A stretch of DNA of 64,000 nucleotides from Pocillopora damicornis (GCF_003704095.1 NW_020845266.1:1-64000); one strand, 5' to 3'; positions 39,188-52,537 are shown, numbered from the stretch's first letter. Notes: generated by a model from the letters alone, not told the origin. Numbers and translations are program-made.

Positions 39188-42100
39188 ATGGCATTTGTTT
39201 CAACCAGAGTATGCTTTGTAGCTGTTTTCCAAATAATATTTCCCTTCCACGACGTAGGTGAGTGCGTCAGACTGCCGTTGCTGTAGTAAATTTATTTATC
39301 TGTTCAATTAGAGAGCTTTCAAGTAAGATCTCCCTTGTATATGCATTGAAGGAAGTTAACATTTTCGGGTTAGTGCATGGTTAGCAATACAAAATACTCC
39401 TAAATGGAATATTGCTGCTATATGTTTAATCAAGCGTGTGCTCTAGTCGGTGGTTTCTGTCCTTAAATGCATCACACGCCGTTTCTGAAGCTATCTAGGA
39501 TATATGTAATGTATTTGGCTACCTTGGAAACTGTTACTCACTGACAATCAGTTCGTCAAAATGTTATTCGCGCCTATCATTTGGCAAATTAGCGTTAGCA
39601 GACGTTAAATAATCTTTCAAAGGTTATTATTAATACAGCAGTAAGGTTTCGTTTCCCGCAACAAACCGTTTATACTTCCTCGCATTGAAAAATAAAAATT
39701 TCAGTTTATACGAAGAACAAGTAAACAAATATACCCATTTTGATTAATAATTTATTTTCAAGTGTTATCCATTTCGATTTTGTTCACGGCAATTGCATGT
39801 TTTGGTGGAATATTCATGATTACCAACACGCCAACTGGAAGAATTGAAGCGTAGCATGAATTGTGTTGTATTCAAGGGTTTTTTTTCCCTCCAATTTTCG
39901 AAATTCTTGAACTCTAATCAATATCTCCCGAAATTAAGACAGTAATTTAGCAAGTGAATTTTAGAGAGCTTTGCGAAAGCAAACTGAATTGAGAACCCCG
40001 GTACAGATACATTTCTTCTTTTTACTAAAAAGATCTAGAGGATTCCACTAAAGCTATCCTATGGCGTTTTACAATGATTTATCGAAAGCTTTCAATCTTT
40101 TGAATACTCAAAGTGCAGTGAATTTAATAGGACTCTCAGAACACCTGTTGGGAACGAGACGATGAAGTCATTCTGAAACCTCTGTAGTTGTTCAAACACT
40201 ACTGTTCCTAGCCAACCGGTAACCCACCAAAGGCTTCCTAGTTCTGGAATTAAGTGTATTTTAAAAATTACCTTACGATGCATTCATATGCTTCTCACAG
40301 TCCCTTCTGTCTGCTACATGGTCTTTGAAAACTATGCCTATCAGCAAATCTGCAGATGTTTTAATAGACCCTCAAGTAGGTCTTGAAAGTTATTTCAAAT
40401 GATGAATAAATTAAAAAAATTGCATGATATTGAGAAGCTGCTGAACTAAACTCAGTTTTTAAAGTCGATAATTTAAAAGGAAGAAGAAAATGTGGTGAAT
40501 TAAATTTCACGTCTACCAGCGAATGGTTCTTTAAAGAGGCTGCTTAATCAATTTTAAGTGTCAAGGAAAGCAAAATTTGTTCACTCTCACAACTTTTGGC
40601 TATAGCTAGCCAATTAAAATAAAATTCGGATCAAATTTATGTGCTCTTGTTTTTACCCTCATGGCGCATGCGTCATTTATTACTGGTTCATCTTCAATTC
40701 TTAATTAAGCGTATTTGACTGATATAATCGAAGATAAGGTTAAAAATCTCAAACCTGCTGATTTCAATTCTTGTCGGTCAGATTTGACCAGATATATCAT
40801 TTATGCAACGCTCAGTGCTCGATCAAGGAAGTGCACAATTTTCTGTTAACAGAATGACTTTTTGTTATCTTACAGTTGGGCAGTCTGTGAGTAACTGGGG
40901 TCCCTGGGGCAAATGCTCTAAGTCCTGTGATGGTGAACAAACGAGGACTCGTACATGTACATCCTCATCTGATTGTGAACAAAGATTGGAAGATAGAAGA
41001 GAATGCAGCTCTTCATCTTGTTTTAGTAAGTGATTGTTTTAAAATTTCCTTTACTGACTCTTATTACATAATTGTACTTAGTCTAAATCTTAAATGTGCA
41101 GCTTTTATAATTTTATGACTGAGGACGTGGCAAAATAAATAAATAAGTAAACGAAGACGTGATGGGCAGTACAATTCTTAACCGCCCTCTGCAAAACAAC
41201 AACTTGAAATTACCAAAATTTGCGTGGTCTGATAACAAAGACCCGACGGCAAATTGTTTGAGTTTCCACTAAAAACTCAATGCTGCTCAGGTGTGGCTCC
41301 GTAAGAGACGATATAAAACATCCAGGCATGCACGAAATTCTAAATAAAAAAGAATGAATTCCATTTTTTTTAACGACGTCTTCCTCGGCCTTACAGTCAT
41401 GACTGCTTAAGGTCCCTAATAATAAATGAGAAACGACTATCCTAAGAAGTCCTTTAGTAAAGCCGCACCTTACAGTTATTTCTCTTTATCTAGGTTTGGA
41501 AATGATTTTATCGTTGGCGTTGATTTGCGCCGCCATTGTTGCGGTAATCATAATTATTTTTGTGATTCTCTTTAAAATCAAAATGGAAAAGTCAAGAATG
41601 AAAGATGAAGAAAGGTGAGTCGAAAGGGTCACTCATTTGCCTCACAACTATTTCCTATGCGGTCGCCATTTTAGATAAAGTAGATTTTTGTTCACGAGAC
41701 TGGAGCCGAAGCAGTCCATTCTATAAATTGATGGTCTAGCAACCTTCTGGTAGCAAGCCTCTTGATTAATAGGAGGCTTGGTACACAAGCATCATGTGGA
41801 AGTGAGTTTGATAGCTCGTGATTGAAATCTCATTTCATCAAAAGAGAACAGTGAAAGAGGCTAAAGGTAATTCGGAGATGGCTTGTTGAAAGAGTTTACT
41901 TGAGAGAGGCATTGTTGGATTGCAAAACGTCTTTCAATAGTTGAAACCAGTAGTTCAGGCTTCCAGAAAAAAAAAAACTGAATCAAGGCCTGATAACAAG
42001 ACATAACCCCCAAACAGATAAGTAAGTTGCACCGAAACTCTCTTTATTTACGACCATCTAACAATAAAAAGACACTTACCTTTGGGCTTCTCTTGTATCT

Positions 42101-42772
42101 GCATCCGACCGTTTGACTGTAAAAACCACTCAGCCGTGTAAGGTCTGTGTATGGGACTTTTTTTGAACAAGATAGCCTACGTGTAGCTGTACCCTCCCCC
42201 CCCCCCCAAGGTGAAATGGGAGCGAGGGAACCTCGCCTCCGTTTTTACCAGGGGGGGGGGGGAGGAGGTACGGCTACAGGTAAGCTATGAACAAAACTTT
42301 GTCTCGTGCCCAGATCCCGTGTAGCTAAATGTAGCAAAAGTTGCCTTAATTAGTTGCAGATTTTAAACGTTGACTTTGAATTATCCTTTCGTCCCATTTC
42401 TTCAGCAACATATCTAAAGCTATCGAAAGAATGTACGACAACTCGATTAGTACCCATAGTTCTACCATTCGTCACATGCCATCAGTCGAAAGCTTCCCCG
42501 AACCTCTCCCGGAACCCGAGGAGACTGGACTTGACGACTTCGTTTTCGATACTGAAAGCCTGAATGAGAGCATCAGAGAAGTTAGCTGCTCTTTTGGCGC
42601 AGACGAGGAGTTTCAGCCTAAAGAGCAGCCAAAGAATGAAAAAAGAATGTCTCTTAAGGTTGTGTCCGTAACAGAGACACAAATCATAGACAGAGACCAG
42701 GATCTTGTCTCTCAGGAACCTCAACCCGTTTATGCTGTAGTAGTTAAACCTCCAAATGATGTTAAGCTGTAG
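39188..42772 (+). CDS. Uncharacterised type I membrane protein A: signal peptide - single TSP1 repeat - TM - acidic tail (about 235 aa)
   Basis: Exons 39188-39257, 40876-41025, 41494-41614 and 42406-42772 join in frame (phases 1,1,2). TSR SNWGPWGKCSKSCDGEQTRTRTC..C..C..C; TM MILSLALICAAIVAVIIIIFVILF followed by KIK; tail ends QPVYAVVVKPPNDVKL*. Confidence 0.82.
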
Positions 42773-44304
42773 CAAGAGGAAATGATTTTTCATAACTATC
42801 GTTATTTTTTTTTCTGTCATGCAAAAGTTTAGTTTCAACACCAAAGCAGTATTGTCAGTGTAATACCTAATGGATTGTGTGAGAAGCATATAATACCTTA
42901 CGGGTTACGTGACAGGCATGGTCTTTGGCCTTAAAGTACAGAAGGATTTATAAATAGCTTGCGTGACTTCGTGACAGATACTTACACCTAGCGTTCGTGT
43001 GAATTTAGGAGTCTTATTTTCTAAATCGTTGTGATGACAAAGAATTCAGTACATTTCAATTCGAAAAGAAATAGCAAAAAGTAAGTCAAATAAAGGTTGG
43101 TTATTTTTAGAGTAAAAATTGCCCTTTGCATATTCAACGGAAAATTGGAAATCAGATCTGCTTCATTCAGGCAATACAGAAACCCCGGGAAAGCCATGTA
43201 GCCATTCAAGCGTCGTAGAGCCGGGGGTGGGATGGGGGTTGGATTGGAGTTTGGATGGCATTGTGTGGCAGAATACATAAGACTTTGCCCCTGTTTCAAA
43301 AAAAGTCCTCTCATTTTAATACCGTGAAATTATCGGAGATTCTTGTCTTTCAACCTCATTTTGCTACATGCACATATTCAGAGAGAATATATTTTCGAGA
43401 AGAATTTTCATCCCCTGAAATGAAGACTGTGATCGCTGATGCTTGTGCCGTATATCTTAGGAGCTTGTAGTCAAGAAAGATTTATTTTGAAAATTAGAAA
43501 TAGTGAAGTTGCACATCCTGTTTAAGATTCAAGAACTCGAAAACCATACCACATTTGCCGGCACAAACTCAGCCAAATAAAGGCTGGAGTGCTCTCAGTG
43601 CATGCAGACCGCCAATCTGACTGTTAACATGTTTCTTTCATAAATTTCCTGTTTCGCACCATGCCATAGTTAACAGTCTTAAATGGAGGGTTTTGGTAGG
43701 CCAATATTTTCTGGTATACTTAATTCTGATTGGCTGAGACAGGTTCCTTATGGCCTTGAGACCCGTCTTGCTCATCAAAACGGGAAATGAGATTACGGAA
43801 GAAATTACGAGACAAGCAACATTTTTAACAGTCGCATCATTGACACACATCATTTTCGCTCACAAATAAAAGAAAAGATTCGGCTTTTATCGCGAAAAGA
43901 AATTTCAAGGAAGTTGTATGGAATGATTTTGAGGGAATCATCTGTCATGTGACGTATACTTGATGTATGCGGTAAAGGATGGATAATTATTTTTTGCGCA
44001 TTTACTTATTTGCATAATTAACTTCGCCTTTTATAATTCACCAGCATAAACACTAAATTAGCATAGCGCTTCATGTAATGTTCGTTGGTCGAGATCCTAA
44101 GCGCTTTAGTCATTTTTTATCCATCTATCGAAAGGAAAACATAAAGGGAAAGAAAGGATTTTCTTCCGAAATACTGGTCTGGAGAGAAGCAAAGCAGAAT
44201 TGACTTGAGCTGAAGAGATTCACGTACGCTTGATGAGGGCGAATTGATTTGACCGTGCCAGAAGATTCCGAATGTTTACATGATGTTTAATCTTCATCGT
44301 TAAG

Positions 44305-47056
44305 ATGCTTGATTACAAAGAACTGCTCGTTTTCCTCGCACCCTGGTTTTCTCTCGCATTTTCATCCCATTTAGGTGAGTAAAGTGTCGTTTGATTTAAC
44401 CGTGTTTTGATAGAATAATTCTTTAGGAAGCTTTTACCTTCCGAGCAACAAACACATCACGATCTTCCCAAAGTATGCGCCTGGTAGTGTTAGCGTGATC
44501 AAAATAGCTTAAAATGAGTTCCTGTTCGCCTCTAATCGTGCGGATTTTCTGTTTTTCTTTTGGATTCCTGTATTGATCGAATAAAATGGCAAAATTTGCT
44601 CGAAGGAAGTCGTGGAAAATTTCAGTTATCTCATGAACAAATAAACCGGAAATGAATGAAGACTGAAGAAAAACGCAAGAGTCAAAATGTAGACTAGGTT
44701 TATATTTGCCTTGGAATAAATATTTGCTTTCGTGTAGTTAAACCATTACTCTTATTTGATCTTGATGTCATCGTAGTACTCAGAGTTAAGTGGAGGAGAT
44801 TTCAATAACATCTCGACGATATAATCGTGATGTGAATATCGTGTGCATGATAAATCGACATTTGTTGGAACCCTCTTATCAAGACACAACAGGGCACGGT
44901 ACCAAGAATACTGTACAAAATAATCAGTACACATCACAAAAATGGATTTTTCTTTTACAAGAACTTTCTAAAATAACTGAGACGACAGCTGATAAACTTG
45001 ACAAGAGATCCTGTGACTTTTCGGTCACTGTTCCGTGACGTCAACAAGCCGGCACTTTCCTTCGACTCATTCAATTCGCAATTTATTGATTTCTTGATTA
45101 ACTATCCTTGTTGTCAATATTCTCTGTGAAATCAAGTGAGATTGAGGCAATTTTATACAATTCTTAAGGTTAGGAATTAAATTTCCCTCCGATGAAAACA
45201 ATTATCTGTAATGTTTTTAAGCTGGCATAACTGTATTTGTAATATCCTGGGTTTACTCGATCAAAACGCCGCTTTCAAATAAAGACCGTATCGCAGAGGG
45301 ATGCAGAATTGTCAACAAACGCCGCTATCAAATAAAGCGCCGCTAGCAAATAAAACGTCGCAAACAGAAGCATAGTCTTCGATGAAAACCGCCCTTTCGA
45401 TGCCGCACTCCATGAGAGAAACGCGGTGCCCACTCGAAGTTTGTAAGAAAAGGAATATGATACAACGCGATTAACTCAACCATCCCTGTAGATATTGCAA
45501 GTTAGACAAATTGGATTCTATCTCTAAACAGCGAGGTTTTTATAGATAACTGAACGTTTTATCGTTTGTCTCATGGTGTAATGATTTACCGTCATTGTTG
45601 TCAGAGAGGAAGCCGCTTTGGAGAGCCACAATGCCATTGCGTCTAATCGAGTAATTATAGCATTTTCCGGTTGAGAATCAACGAAGAGGCTCTTTTTTCT
45701 CTTAAAGAAGCTTTAAGTACCTTCGCTTAGGTTTTCTTTTTACCATTCTTATTTTTTTATTTTCTTACACATTTTTTCATAGGTCACTGGAGCGCCTGCT
45801 CTCGGACATGCGAGGGAGGAATACGTGTAAGAAACAGAACTTGTGACTCCTGTAACACTACGCAAGAAATAGAGAGCTGTAACGCAATACCGTGTCACGG
45901 TTAGAACATAATTAAAGTGTTAATAGTGTCAGACCCAAAGCCCTTTCCTTGAGTTCTCTTTGTTTGTTTCCTTGTTTCTTGTCAGGATTCCCGAACATTG
46001 GTTATATAATTTTTGGCAGACGTCCGTGCTTTCGGTCGGTCGTTCATTTGTTCGTAAGCTCGTTCGTTTGCTCGTTCATTCGTGCTTTCGGTCCCTCTCT
46101 GACTCGTTCGTTCGTTTGCTCGTTGGTCAGCTTGTTTGTTCGTGCTTCCGGTCCCTCTCTCATTCGTACGTTTGTTCGCTCGTTAGTCAGCTCGTTCGTT
46201 CGTGTTTTCGGTGCCTCTCTCACTCACTCTCACCCTTTTACGTTTAATATTGTTCATTCTGTCAGCAGTCGATCATAAAGTCACACAGTCTCTAACTCTG
46301 ATAAATCCTTTTTCTTCTAGCGGATTTGGAAACCCGGATTATCATGATCGTGGTGGTGACAGTTGCAGTCATCTCCATTTTGACAGCTGTCCTTTTCGTT
46401 ATCTTCTTTGTCAAAGGAACACAAGCCAGCAAGCACGGGGCAAAAGAATAGTGAGTAAACTTAACACGAAAACAGATTGGTCATATGAGATAGTTGCTGC
46501 TTAAGCATTTGTCACTGACTGTATGGTTTCTTTTCATGCGCCATAATGGACGCCATTTTGAATGACTCAATTGACCATCACTCAAAGTTTGCTTCTTCTA
46601 GTTTCTGGAAAAAAAAAAAGGTTCTGGGGGAGAGGGTAGCCGTTATGGAATGTGTGGAATTCAGCAAAATAAAGAATGTGGTCATTTCCCCTCACAGTTG
46701 CTTCATTGCTGAAATCTGGACAGGGATTTACTGTTTTTCTGTAGGATTTGGAACACAGTCCGTATAAGTTTAGTATTTGTTGGTCACGTGGAAGGATTTT
46801 GGTCAATGAAAATGGAGGAAGATATGTGGAATAATAATGTCGAGTATTTTACTTTTTTTTCAGTTCCCTAGATTCGAGCAAAAGGCTACGAGTAATGACT
46901 CTTGAGAAAACGAATAATATAACAAATGGCATGAGCGTCGATGATCGAGTGTTTCACCTCCAGCGCATGGCAGATAGCAGAGGTTCGCTACAGTCGAGTA
47001 GAATCACACTGAAAGATTTTGGAGAAACACAGCTTCAAACCAGCGCGCCTACTTAA
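44305..47056 (+). CDS. Uncharacterised type I membrane protein B: signal peptide - single TSP1 repeat - TM - short tail (about 169 aa)
   Basis: Exons 44305-44374, 45783-45899, 46321-46450 and 46864-47056 join in frame (phases 1,1,2). TSR GHWSACSRTCEGGIRVRNRTCDSC..SCNAIPC; TM IIMIVVVTVAVISILTAVLFVIFFV. None of these reading frames appear in the supplied ORF track. Confidence 0.78.
46025..46225. repeat. 60-bp minisatellite built on (TTCG)-like units, about 3 copies
   Basis: CGTG(C/T)TT(T/C)CGGT(C/G)CCTCTCT recurs at 46081, 46141 and 46201. It lies in intron 2 of membrane protein B. Confidence 0.85.
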
Positions 47057-47931
47057 GAAGTTTACCCATCACTCAGCACAATTTAAGAGAAAAACACCTT
47101 GTGTGTAGTATACAAGAACGACAAGACTCATTTTAAAATGAAAGCCGTACGTAGAATTATAAGTTAGTTAAGCGATATGCAGAATAACTTTCAAAATCCC
47201 TTGATTTGGAGGGGACAGTTCTTAATAGCAGAAGTGAAACGGTTCATTGAGACACACAACTCGATTTAATAGCTTCTGATTAGAGAATTTTCAACGAGGT
47301 GTTGGAGGTAATCCCAGATATCATTGATTTTGCTTCACTTTACTCAATAACTTTGCATTAATCTTGTACTTTACTTGCTTTAGAAACTTCAAAACTTAAA
47401 TTTCGTGGCAATTTTTTACCAATCAAATCAAAGACTTAAACCTTTTGTTACTTGGTAACCGCGCTCGGAGTTCTCACGACGCCTAATCGTTAAGTGCTTT
47501 ATTAAGTTTAATTCGGTTTAACGGTTTGTTTCTCTTCTGAGCTCCTCTATATCCCAATATGTCAACGTGATCAATTTTTCACAGAAGTTTGCATAAAGAA
47601 TATAATTATTGTAAGAAACTATTCCAGGAAATAGGCTGGAATTAAACAAAATACTTTGAAAAAATTCCCTTACATCGAAGTCCCACTATTTTTGCAGACT
47701 TGGTGTTTTAAAATGTCATCAAAAGAAAGGTTTTTAGAAATAGATTAAGGTGTCTTCAAAATTTCAAATAATAAGATTATAAAATCATTTCTGTTAAAGA
47801 CTACCCGTACCATATTTTCACTATTACGCTACGGCGTTCATCAGAAAGGTGGCTTCTATTCTTGAACACCTTTTTATATAATATGGTATTAAGATATTGA
47901 TTTCAATACAATGTGAGTAGTTTAAGGAGGT

Positions 47932-48107
47932 ACTATGGTATACAACCAATTAGAGTGATGGATTTAGTACCACGGGGTACAAATGAACCAATCATATGGC
48001 CAGATTGGCATCCAAGATAGCAATCTGATGCAATCCAGCTATCCGATTGGTTCATTTGAACGACGTGGTACATCATCCTATTCTATGATTGGCTATGCAC
48101 CATAGTG
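47932..48107. mobile_element. Palindromic MITE just 3' of the P450-B stop codon (second copy at about 50988-51165)
   Basis: ACTATGGT..ACCAAT..GTACCACG..CAAATGAACCAATC pairs with GATTGGTTCATTTG..CGTGGTAC..ATTGG..ACCATAGT. Confidence 0.75.
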
Positions 48108-48157
48108 TTCGATGCTATGACCATCCGCGACACTTGATGACTACACGTCCATAACAA

Positions 48158-50568
48158 CTATTCCCGATCGATAAACTTGATCTTCAGGGGCCTGTCGGGA
48201 ACAGCCAAAAAAGATAGCTTTGTCCCCATTGGCTCATCGTGATATTCCATAGTGAATCGCTGGACCAACTGAAGTTGTCATTTAGAAAAACATTTGTCGA
48301 ATTAATAGCAATTCACTTAAGTATTTAATTAATGTATTAAGACAAGATATCGATAACTCGACCTTGTTCCTAAAGCGCTTACTCTTCCAAGGTGAGGTGA
48401 CCGTAATACATTTATGTTTTTACATGCAATTATTATTTCATTTTTCCTCTCCTTCAAACTACTTTTCTTTACCACGCTTACCTTTGCCGTTAGAAGATAT
48501 ATTTCGGCTTCTGCAATGCGACGCCCTGGAAAGAAACAGAGAGGTAATTGTTTGGAGAAAAACAACCGCGGAGGTACAGGTCTAAGTGGGTTTAAACTCT
48601 CAAAGAAAACATGAAAGATTTCAGTGTGGGTTCTCTCAAATACATAGCCAAAATCAACGTTTTCACGTTTTTCTTTTGCTAGAGAACATGTTATAGCTAT
48701 AGCGTAGCTATAGGTGAGGGGTCAAAGTGATGTGTTGCCCAAGAAAAAATCTGCTGCATGTAAACCTTTTGTATACAGAAAAAACCTCACCTATGCACAT
48801 ACGACTCCCAACTCCAAATGGCAGACTGGCAAATGGGTGAATCTTTCCCAGATCCTCGTTTAACCAACGTTCTGGCCTGAACTCCAAAGGAAACTTAAAC
48901 AATTCTTCAGAGCGCCCAGAAAGGTAATTGGAATAGCTTACAATGGTCTGAATGAAACACAAGGTCAAACGCGATCATTTGACTAAGCTTAAGTACTTCT
49001 GGTGAAGGCATAATTATGATACCAATTGTCGGATGAACGCAAGTGAACAAATGATCAAGTAAGTCTGATGCACGTAAAACGCTTCATTTTTTTTTGTTTC
49101 GATTGGTTGAAGAGTCAGTAACTTAATAGATTTCTTTTAGCACCATATGAGTGTTGAATCACTTTTAAAGACAACTCACTTAAGAACGTAGCCGAACCTG
49201 AATGGGTGTCCTTGGGGGTTTTTCCCATTTTACAATTGCCCCCACCCCTCTCTCCTACTAAGAGTCAAGAGTTGAACCACTAGCCTAAATATCCTGTTTC
49301 ATCCTGAATGTTGAAAGAATGATCTTCTCTTGGACACTTTATGCTCTCTCCTCTACTGGGAGTCTTTGGCAAAGGGGAAAAGAAACTATGCTGAGGGGAA
49401 CTGGAAGAAGGACGTGCAGCTTTTCCCATAGTCCTCGTCACTCATAACTTATCGTTAAGCACTTACTCCTGCTGGAACCATGTAACTGGATAAAACGAGA
49501 TCCTGTGTCAGAACACGCGCCCAGCCTAGTGCAACGGGATGCAATCTAAGAGAACAATTTAGAGACTTAGTTCGCAATGGGTTCAGTATAAACTGGGAAT
49601 TGTACGAGGAGCCATTCACTATCTTTCTGTTTGCTTATTTTAAAAGTACCTCTCAAGATAAAAAAATAACAACAACATTACTTCTACCTCATACTCTCCT
49701 TGACACAAGCCTTAATGTACTCCAACTTTGCAAAGCTCTCAGGAGTAAAATCTCCATGGGTCCCAATCAGGGAGGTTACTTCTTCGTACACCTTTTCCTG
49801 CACCCTCGGATTTCGGGCCAGATCGTAAAGGACCCACAGCAGTCCATTTGTGGTCTTTGAAGATAAAGTGGATATATGTCATCAGGAAGGATGTTCTCTT
49901 TCCTACTATTTTTGACCGGTCGAACTAACGTTATAGTTTTCTATAAAGAGGCAATTGCTTTATGACTTACCGTTTCTACGCCCGCCCTAAACATGAAAAT
50001 AGAATTGACGCTGATCTCCTTGGGCGTGAGGTCACCCTTCATGATGAGGTAGGCCAGCATAGGAACAGCTATAAAAAAAAGTAAAGATTAGTAATAACTT
50101 TACCCTTCAGAAGGGAATCAAATCTCTTCATTTATTACTATTGCAAGAGGTTATAAACTGCTTTTAATCTCTTGGATAATGTCAGTTCACACAGGAGAGT
50201 CGTTTTTCTTGCCTCCGAGTAACAAACACCAGCACAAGCTACTGAGCTACGGTGTTTAAGAAGCGTGCAACATTTTTTATAAAGCTCAAAATAGAATGAT
50301 AAATTAACAGGACACCCGCACTTAAAGAAGCTCTGTATCTGAAAAGTTTCGTATTTATGTTCGTATAAGTAACCTTGATTTTCAGGAAACTGTTCGCCTT
50401 CTTCTGCCATTTTGTTCAGCTCCATAACCTTTCTGTCAATAATCTCTTGGCTGGTGGAAAACGTGATGTCTTGAGTTTCGACGAATTTTTTGTAGGATGG
50501 TGTCTTAATAAACCTATAAAGAAGTCCTTCCCATCCGCTGTTCAGTTTTCCCAAGAGTGCAAATCCAT
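48158..50568 (-). CDS. Cytochrome P450, mitochondrial-clan-like, copy B (exon 3 partial to exon 9)
   Basis: Exons gap-50374, 50068-49971, 49854-49688, 49545-49467, 48947-48791, 48525-48482 and 48268-48158. I-helix AGVETT, K-helix ESMR, FRPERW, heme motif [10 protein letters not shown]. Confidence 0.92.
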
Positions 50569-50826
50569 NNNNNNNNNNNNNNNNNNNNNNNNNNNNNNNN
50601 NNNNNNNNNNNNNNNNNNNNNNNNNNNNNNNNNNNNNNNNNNNNNNNNNNNNNNNNNNNNNNNNNNNNCATGTAAAAACACAATTGTATTACGGTGACCC
50701 CACTTTGGAAGGGCGAGCGCTTTGGGAACGAGGTCGAGTTATCGATATCTTGTCTTAATACACTAACTAAATACTTAAGTGAATTGTTATTAATTTAACG
50801 AATGTGCTTCTCAATGACTACTTTAG

Positions 50827-50937
50827 CTGGTCCAGCGATTCATTATGGAATACCACGATGAGCCAATGGGGACAAAGCTATCTTTTGTGGCTGTTCCCGA
50901 CAGGCCTCTGAGGATAAAGTTTATCGATCGGGAATAG
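50827..50937 (+). CDS. P450 terminal exon (probably copy A exon 9 on a mis-oriented contig)
   Basis: After an AG acceptor it reads [36 protein letters not shown], near-identical to 48268-48158 on the other strand. Confidence 0.85.
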   Translation: MVQRFIMEYHDEPMGTKLSFVAVPDRPLRIKFIDRE

Positions 50938-51413
50938 TTGTTATGGACGTGTAGTCATCAAGTGTGGCGGATGGTCACAGCACCAAACACTATGGCACAT
51001 CATAGAATAGGATGATGTACCACGTGGTACAAATGAACTAATCAGATGGCTGGATTGCTTTACATCAAATCGCCATCTGGATGCAAATTCGGCCATATGA
51101 TTGGTTCATTTGTACCCCATGGTACTTAATCCACCTCTCTGATTAATTAGTTGTACACCATAGTGCTTCCTTAAACTACTCAGACTGTATGGAAATCAAT
51201 ATCTAAATACCATATTATATAAAAGGTTTTCTAGAATAGAAGCCGCCTTTTAATGAAGGCTGCCATAGAAATACTTTGAACATCATGAACGCCGTAGCGT
51301 AATAGAAAAAATATGGTACCGGTTGCCTTCATCAGAAATGATTTTATAATCTTATTATTTGAACTTTTTAAAACACCTTAATTTATTTTTAAAAACCTTT
51401 CCTTTTGGTGACA

Positions 51414-51860
51414 AGTCGAACTTTTGTTAAGTGGTCACCCACGGGAAATGTCGAGGTGACCGCTAAAAACAGATTAACCACATAATACAAGTTCCACAGT
51501 AAAGGGGTTTTATAAAAGACAGGAAAAGCGCCATTTTATGCCATAATTTACCACTTAATGTACAAAAACGCGCTTAAAAATGCTTCTAGCCTTTGATTTG
51601 GGAGATGAACGTGGATTTAATACTCTTGAAAGTTTCCTCTCGGTTTTATTGGAATGCCTCCGCTTTAAGTAACCGTTCATCACAGTTGGAAAACAATACA
51701 AACAGGGCGTTGGGACTCAGTACAGAGTGACCATAACCGCTTAATAAAGGTGAAAATTATATTGATTAAGTGGAAAGAATTTCGTGATTTTGACAACTGA
51801 CCGCTTAGTACAGAGTGACCGCTAAAATACGGTGCCGCTTAAAAGAGGTTCCACTGTGGT
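51414..51860. mobile_element. MITE with CAGT(C/G)GAAC-type termini upstream of P450-B (paralogous copy at about 63170-63593)
   Basis: Termini AGTCGAAC... and ...GTTCCACTG, with internal TGACCGCT(T/A)A repeats. It sits at the same position upstream of both P450 first exons. Confidence 0.7.
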
Positions 51861-52537
51861 TCTCTTACAAGTTTACTATAGTCATAGAACTCATAATTCG
51901 TGTATTTATGCCTCGTGGTAACGCGTTAGATAGCGTTGCCGTGATGAAAAATTTCTTCAGAAAAGTTGTGACACCTTGTTCACCGTAACCAGCTTGGGAA
52001 AATTCACTCCTTTACGACTGCTCGTGCGATGATACGATGTCAACCACGCGCCTTGCTCACGTGCCAGTCTAAAGTTCATTTCACTGTTATCACTCTTGTA
52101 TGAACTAAGAGACATATCCTATGTCACTTTTGAGGTCAATAGTGACATAGGAGTCTAACAGTGTCAATATCGGCCTTAAAACACTAGGTGATAAATCCTT
52201 ACACTTTCACTTCGTTTTAGGTCAGAAATTATGTTTTAATCGTGGTTGAACCGAGGTGAAAGGGATCTTGTGACTGTGCGGCATCGGTAAGACTCGGTGA
52301 CTCGCAGCATGACAGATTGACTGACTCACGGACTCAGTGAGAAACTGACCCAGTTATGTGACTTGCGATGTAAATTCCCTCTGCATGTTTTGGTTGTTGA
52401 CGTTCAGCAACTCGCCCCGTCACGCAATTTTTGAAAACACGACCTAAAATAAACCGATGTGCCCTTTCGTGTCACTTGCTTATCGGTACCTGGAGTCAGC
52501 ATCTCAAGATCTGCAATTTCGCGATATTTTCATTACC

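Noticed and set aside
46025-46278. Hydrophobic ORFs 45949-46278 and 45960-46247, or a CRISPR-like array
   Set aside because: These are translations of a 60-bp minisatellite; there are no unique spacers, and the context is a eukaryotic intron.
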